From NCBI GenBank assembly GCA_963714015.1, contig OY970223.1, positions 96,001 through 160,000 of the forward strand: a stretch of DNA of 64,000 nucleotides. Reading direction: 5' to 3'. This stretch comes from Vulcanimicrobiota bacterium. Lineage in GTDB: Bacteria; Vulcanimicrobiota; Vulcanimicrobiia; Vulcanimicrobiales; Vulcanimicrobiaceae. The notes under the pieces are model-generated. The model searched no databases and was not told the origin of the DNA. It worked only from the letters and a program-made list of their open reading frames with translations. The position numbers were made by a program, and so were the translations under genes. Positions 60,646 through 64,000 of this stretch are shown here, in pieces. Numbering within the stretch: the stretch's first letter is position 1; each line of letters starts with the position of its first letter.

Positions 60646-63371
60646 ATGCCTACCGGTACCGTAACCTTTCTCTTCACGGATGTCGAGGAATCCAGCCGCC
60701 GTTGGGAGTCGGATGGCGCGGCCATGTCGCGCGCGCTGCGCGGCCACGACGCCCTGATTCGATCGGCCGCTCTAAAACACGGCGGCTACATTTTCAAGAC
60801 TCTCGGCGACGCGTTCTGCATAGCCTTCGACAGCGCCCCGCACGCCATCGCGGCGGCGCTCGAAGCGCAGCGGGCGCTTCAGCAGGCCGACTTTCACGAG
60901 ATCGGCGGCCTACGCGTACGCATGGCGCTCCACGCCGGCGATTGCGAGCGGAGAGAACGCGACTATTTCGGACCGGTCCTCAACCGCACGTCGCGGCTTC
61001 TGGATCTCGCGCATGGCGAGCAGGTTCTTATTTCGCGGGCGGCTGCGTTCCTCGCAGCGGAGGAGCTTCCCGAGAGCACAACGCTGATAGATCTCGGCAC
61101 CCATCGCTTAAAGGACTTAGCTCAGGCCGAACAGGTGCGGCAGTTGGTGGCGCCGGATCTGCGATCCGCATTTCCGCCGCTTCGCTCGGAGCAGGCGCAA
61201 CCGAATAATCTTCCGCTACAAATAACGCGCTTCATCGGACGCCGCCACGAAATCCGCGCGGTTATCGAGCTGCTCGAACGGCATCGCTTGGTGACGCTCG
61301 TGGGTTCGGGCGGCGTCGGAAAGACCAGGCTCGCGCTTCAAATCGCCTGCGAAGTTGCCCCGGAGTTTCCGGACGGCGTCTCCTTCATCGATTTGGCGCC
61401 GGTACGCGACCCGCAATTCGTGCCGCTGACCGCTGCCAAGAGCTTGGGCCTTGCCGAAATGCCGAACGTCTCGGTTACCGAACTGATCGCCGGCTATCTG
61501 CGGGAACGGCAAAGCATCTTGCTGTTCGACAACTGCGAACACTTGACCGGCGCAGCGGCGTTACTGGCGAGCGAAGTGCTGGAAAAATGCAAGGACATTC
61601 GTATCCTTGCCACCTCCCAAGAGCCGTTGCATATTGAGGGCGAATGTTCGTTTCGCGTTTCCTCGCTTCCGCAAGAGGACGCCGTTGCGCTTTTTATCGA
61701 CCGGGCATCGGCGGTAAATCCGGAGTTCACCGTCGCCGATAAAACACGGGAACAAATAGTGAGCTGTGCAGGCGCGTGGATGGCATCGCGCTCGCCATCG
61801 AGCTGGCAGCCGCACGCGTGAAAGCGCTTTCGCTCGAACATCTCGATCAAAGATTGGACGAGCGCTTCCGCGTGCTGACGTTCGGGAGCCGCACGGCGCT
61901 CCCGCGTCATCAAACGATGCGCGCGCTCCTCGATTGGAGCCATGACTTGCTGAAAACCGCGGAGCAAACGCTGTTTCGCCGCCTGGCGGTGTTCGCGAAC
62001 GGCTGGACGCTGCAGCAGGCCTGCGCCGTGTGCGGATCGGGCGTACCCGAATGGGAGATCGTCGACGCGCTGTCTTCGCTTGTGGACAAGTCGCTCGTCG
62101 TTGCGTCGGTCGGCGCCTCGAGCGAACGCTTTAAAATGTACGAAACGACACGCGAATATGCGTTGGAGCAGTTGGGCGCAAGCGGGGAGAGGGCGGCGCT
62201 CGAACTGGCGCACGCCCACTACTTCACGCTTTTCGCAGAAGAAAAGGACTCGGCGTGGGAGGGCACGCCGACGGAATCTTGGTTTGATGAAATGCTGCCT
62301 GAGGAAGACAACTTCCGCGCGGCTCTGAATTGGGCGCTGGAACGGGCAAATGACCATGAAACCGGCATCCGGCTCGTGTCGTATCTGCCGCGTTTTTGGT
62401 GGACGGGCGCTCGCCAAGCGGAAGGCATGCGGTGGTACGAAGCGGCGTTTAGGACGGTCGATGTGTGTCCGACGCCGGCGTCGACGATTGCGCGTCTGCG
62501 GTACGGCCTTGGAGTGCTGAATTCGACGACGCTGATGCGTCGTGACGCGCGCGAAAATGCCGAGCGCGCCGTCGAACTCTCACGCGACGGCGAGGATAGA
62601 CGGCTGTTTGGCTGGAGCCTACTGGTGCTCGGCGTTGCGTGCGCGCTGATGGACGATCCGCGCGCAGGACGAGGCCATTGCGCAGAAGGCCTAAAGATTG
62701 CAGAGGCCTTACAGGCGACACGCTTGCACGCGTGGCTGCAATGGGCGCAAGCGCTCAACGATGCCGCTGCCGGTCTCTTCGCTGACGCACGCGCGGAACT
62801 TGCGCCGCAGGCGGAAATTGCAAAGCAACTCGGCGACGATCTGCTGCTCGGCCTCGTGTTTATTTACGCCGGCATCGTCGAACTAGGCGCCGGCGACGGG
62901 GACGCTTCGCTGAAATACACGCAAGACGCGCTCGAATTATACCGGCGCAAAGGCGACCGCATCGGCGTGGCGCTTGCGTGGTCCAACATCGCTCCCTGCT
63001 GCTTATCGCTGCAGCGCATGGAGGATGTCCGCGACGCAGGCCGCCAAGCGTTGCTGTACGCGCGGGACGCGTACAACTCCAGACTCATCGTCATTGCGAT
63101 AGAATATCTTGCCGCGGCCGACGCCGATGCGAGTTCTGTGCGCGCCGCCCGTTTGATCGGCTACGCGGACGCATGGTACGGCCGTTCCGGAACGCCGCGG
63201 GATCTCTCCGAACGTGCAGCACAACAATGGACCATGGCGAAGTTGGAAAGCACCCTTCCGCAAGATCTACTCGAGCGTGAAAAGGCTTGCGGAGCAAACC
63301 TTTCCGATGCACAGGCAATGGAGCTGGCACTATCCGAGCGCGATTCGGCAGCGACGGTCATATCTCGATAG
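60646..63371 (+). CDS. Class III adenylate/guanylate cyclase + P-loop (STAND-like) ATPase + TPR protein; -1 frameshift at ~61760
   Basis: TFLFTDVE, GDAF, YFGPVLNRTSR; GSGGVGKTRL, LFDNCEH. Adding one base gives IVELCRRVDGIALAIELAAAR; TPR tail follows. Confidence 0.88.
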
Positions 63372-63384
63372 CCACGCGTCACTT

Positions 63385-63525
63385 CGCCTCGGAAGGGAAC
63401 TCGCGTTCGGCCCCGCCCAAGGCGCCAAAGTCCCGAACGACATGAACATCTATCCGGACGCCGGTCACGGCTTCGCCGCTGCCAAAAGAGCTTCGCTTCG
63501 GAGGACTCTTGGCGGCGCGCTATAG
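63385..63525 (+). pseudogene. Possible remnant of a dienelactone-hydrolase-family 3' end
   Basis: VPNDMNIYPDAGHGF...RRTL motif with no N-terminal part or plausible start. Confidence 0.35.
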
Positions 63526-63713
63526 CGTTCTTACGAGCGCATTTGGCCTGATCTATCGCGGCGACGACGAGCAGCATGGCGTCACCGTCGGTTCTGCCGT
63601 GTCGGGGAAATACCGCGAAACCCTCCTCGGTCGTTCCAAAGCCGTGTTGCGGGAGCGAGTGTGTGCGCCATGCATCGAAGGAAAGGCGTGCGCCGTACAT
63701 GAAGCGCGGATAG

Positions 63714-64000
63714 ATGCTTCCCATCGCATTGCTGTACGCGCTTGTCATGCCCGTGCCTTCGCCGTCGCCGACACCGCTGTGCGACCGCCGGCTCGGCGTT
63801 TATCAGCCGCAAAGCGACGATCCGGTACCGATCTCGACGCGGCCGCTTATCGATCCCGATTCTATTCGTGTCGTCGTGCACGTTTGGGTGGACGAGACCG
63901 GCAAATTGTCACGGGCTCAGATTACGAACTCCAGCGGCAATCAGCGGCTCGATCGGGCTGCGATTGAAGCGGCGAAGAACAGCCGTTATGCTCCGAGGAT
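63714..64000 (+). CDS. TonB C-terminal domain protein, truncated by window end; absent from the ORF track
   Basis: Manual translation MLPIALLYALVMPVPSPSPTP...VVVHVWVDETGKL...NSSGNQRLDRAAIEAAKNSRYAP. Confidence 0.8.
   Translation, partial: MLPIALLYALVMPVPSPSPTPLCDRRLGVYQPQSDDPVPISTRPLIDPDSIRVVVHVWVDETGKLSRAQITNSSGNQRLDRAAIEAAKNSRYAPR

Overview
High-GC bacterial chromosomal window. The gene repertoire suggests a diderm 'Terrabacteria'-type soil lineage such as Ca. Eremiobacterota/Vulcanimicrobiota (inference, not tested). Housekeeping blocks (rel, apt, secDF, rplM-rpsI, thyA-folA, truA, lysS, greA) flank three notable regions. (1) 16.4-32.7 kb: a strongly miniaturised flagellum-derived type III export cluster. 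The export gate and ATPase are intact (flhA, flhB with NPTH, fliPQR, fliI, fliN). FliF is fused to only the FliG middle domain (no torque domain), FliM lacks the CheY-binding peptide, and FlgB, FlgC, FliE, a FlgF/G-like protein, FliH and a FliK-like protein are pared down. A lytic transglycosylase and a tandem aspartyl protease are embedded. No motor, hook-cap, filament, L/P-ring or chemotaxis genes occur in this window. (2) 41.8-57.1 kb: a probable polyamine uptake and catabolism cluster (TonB-dependent receptor, flavin amine oxidase, APC permease, PucR, gabT, patA, aldehyde dehydrogenase, class-III aminotransferase, mmsA). (3) 5.3-13.7 kb: accessory genes and a HIRAN/RecQ-like helicase at the usual recJ position. 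Ten single-base frameshifts are visible, seven at or next to AGCT, which points to motif-linked (possibly methylation-linked) consensus errors rather than pseudogenes. An unannotated 50-aa metallothionein and a two-state greA leader were found by hand. No rRNA, tRNA, CRISPR or transposase was seen. Family assignments come from motif recognition by eye; no database searches were run.
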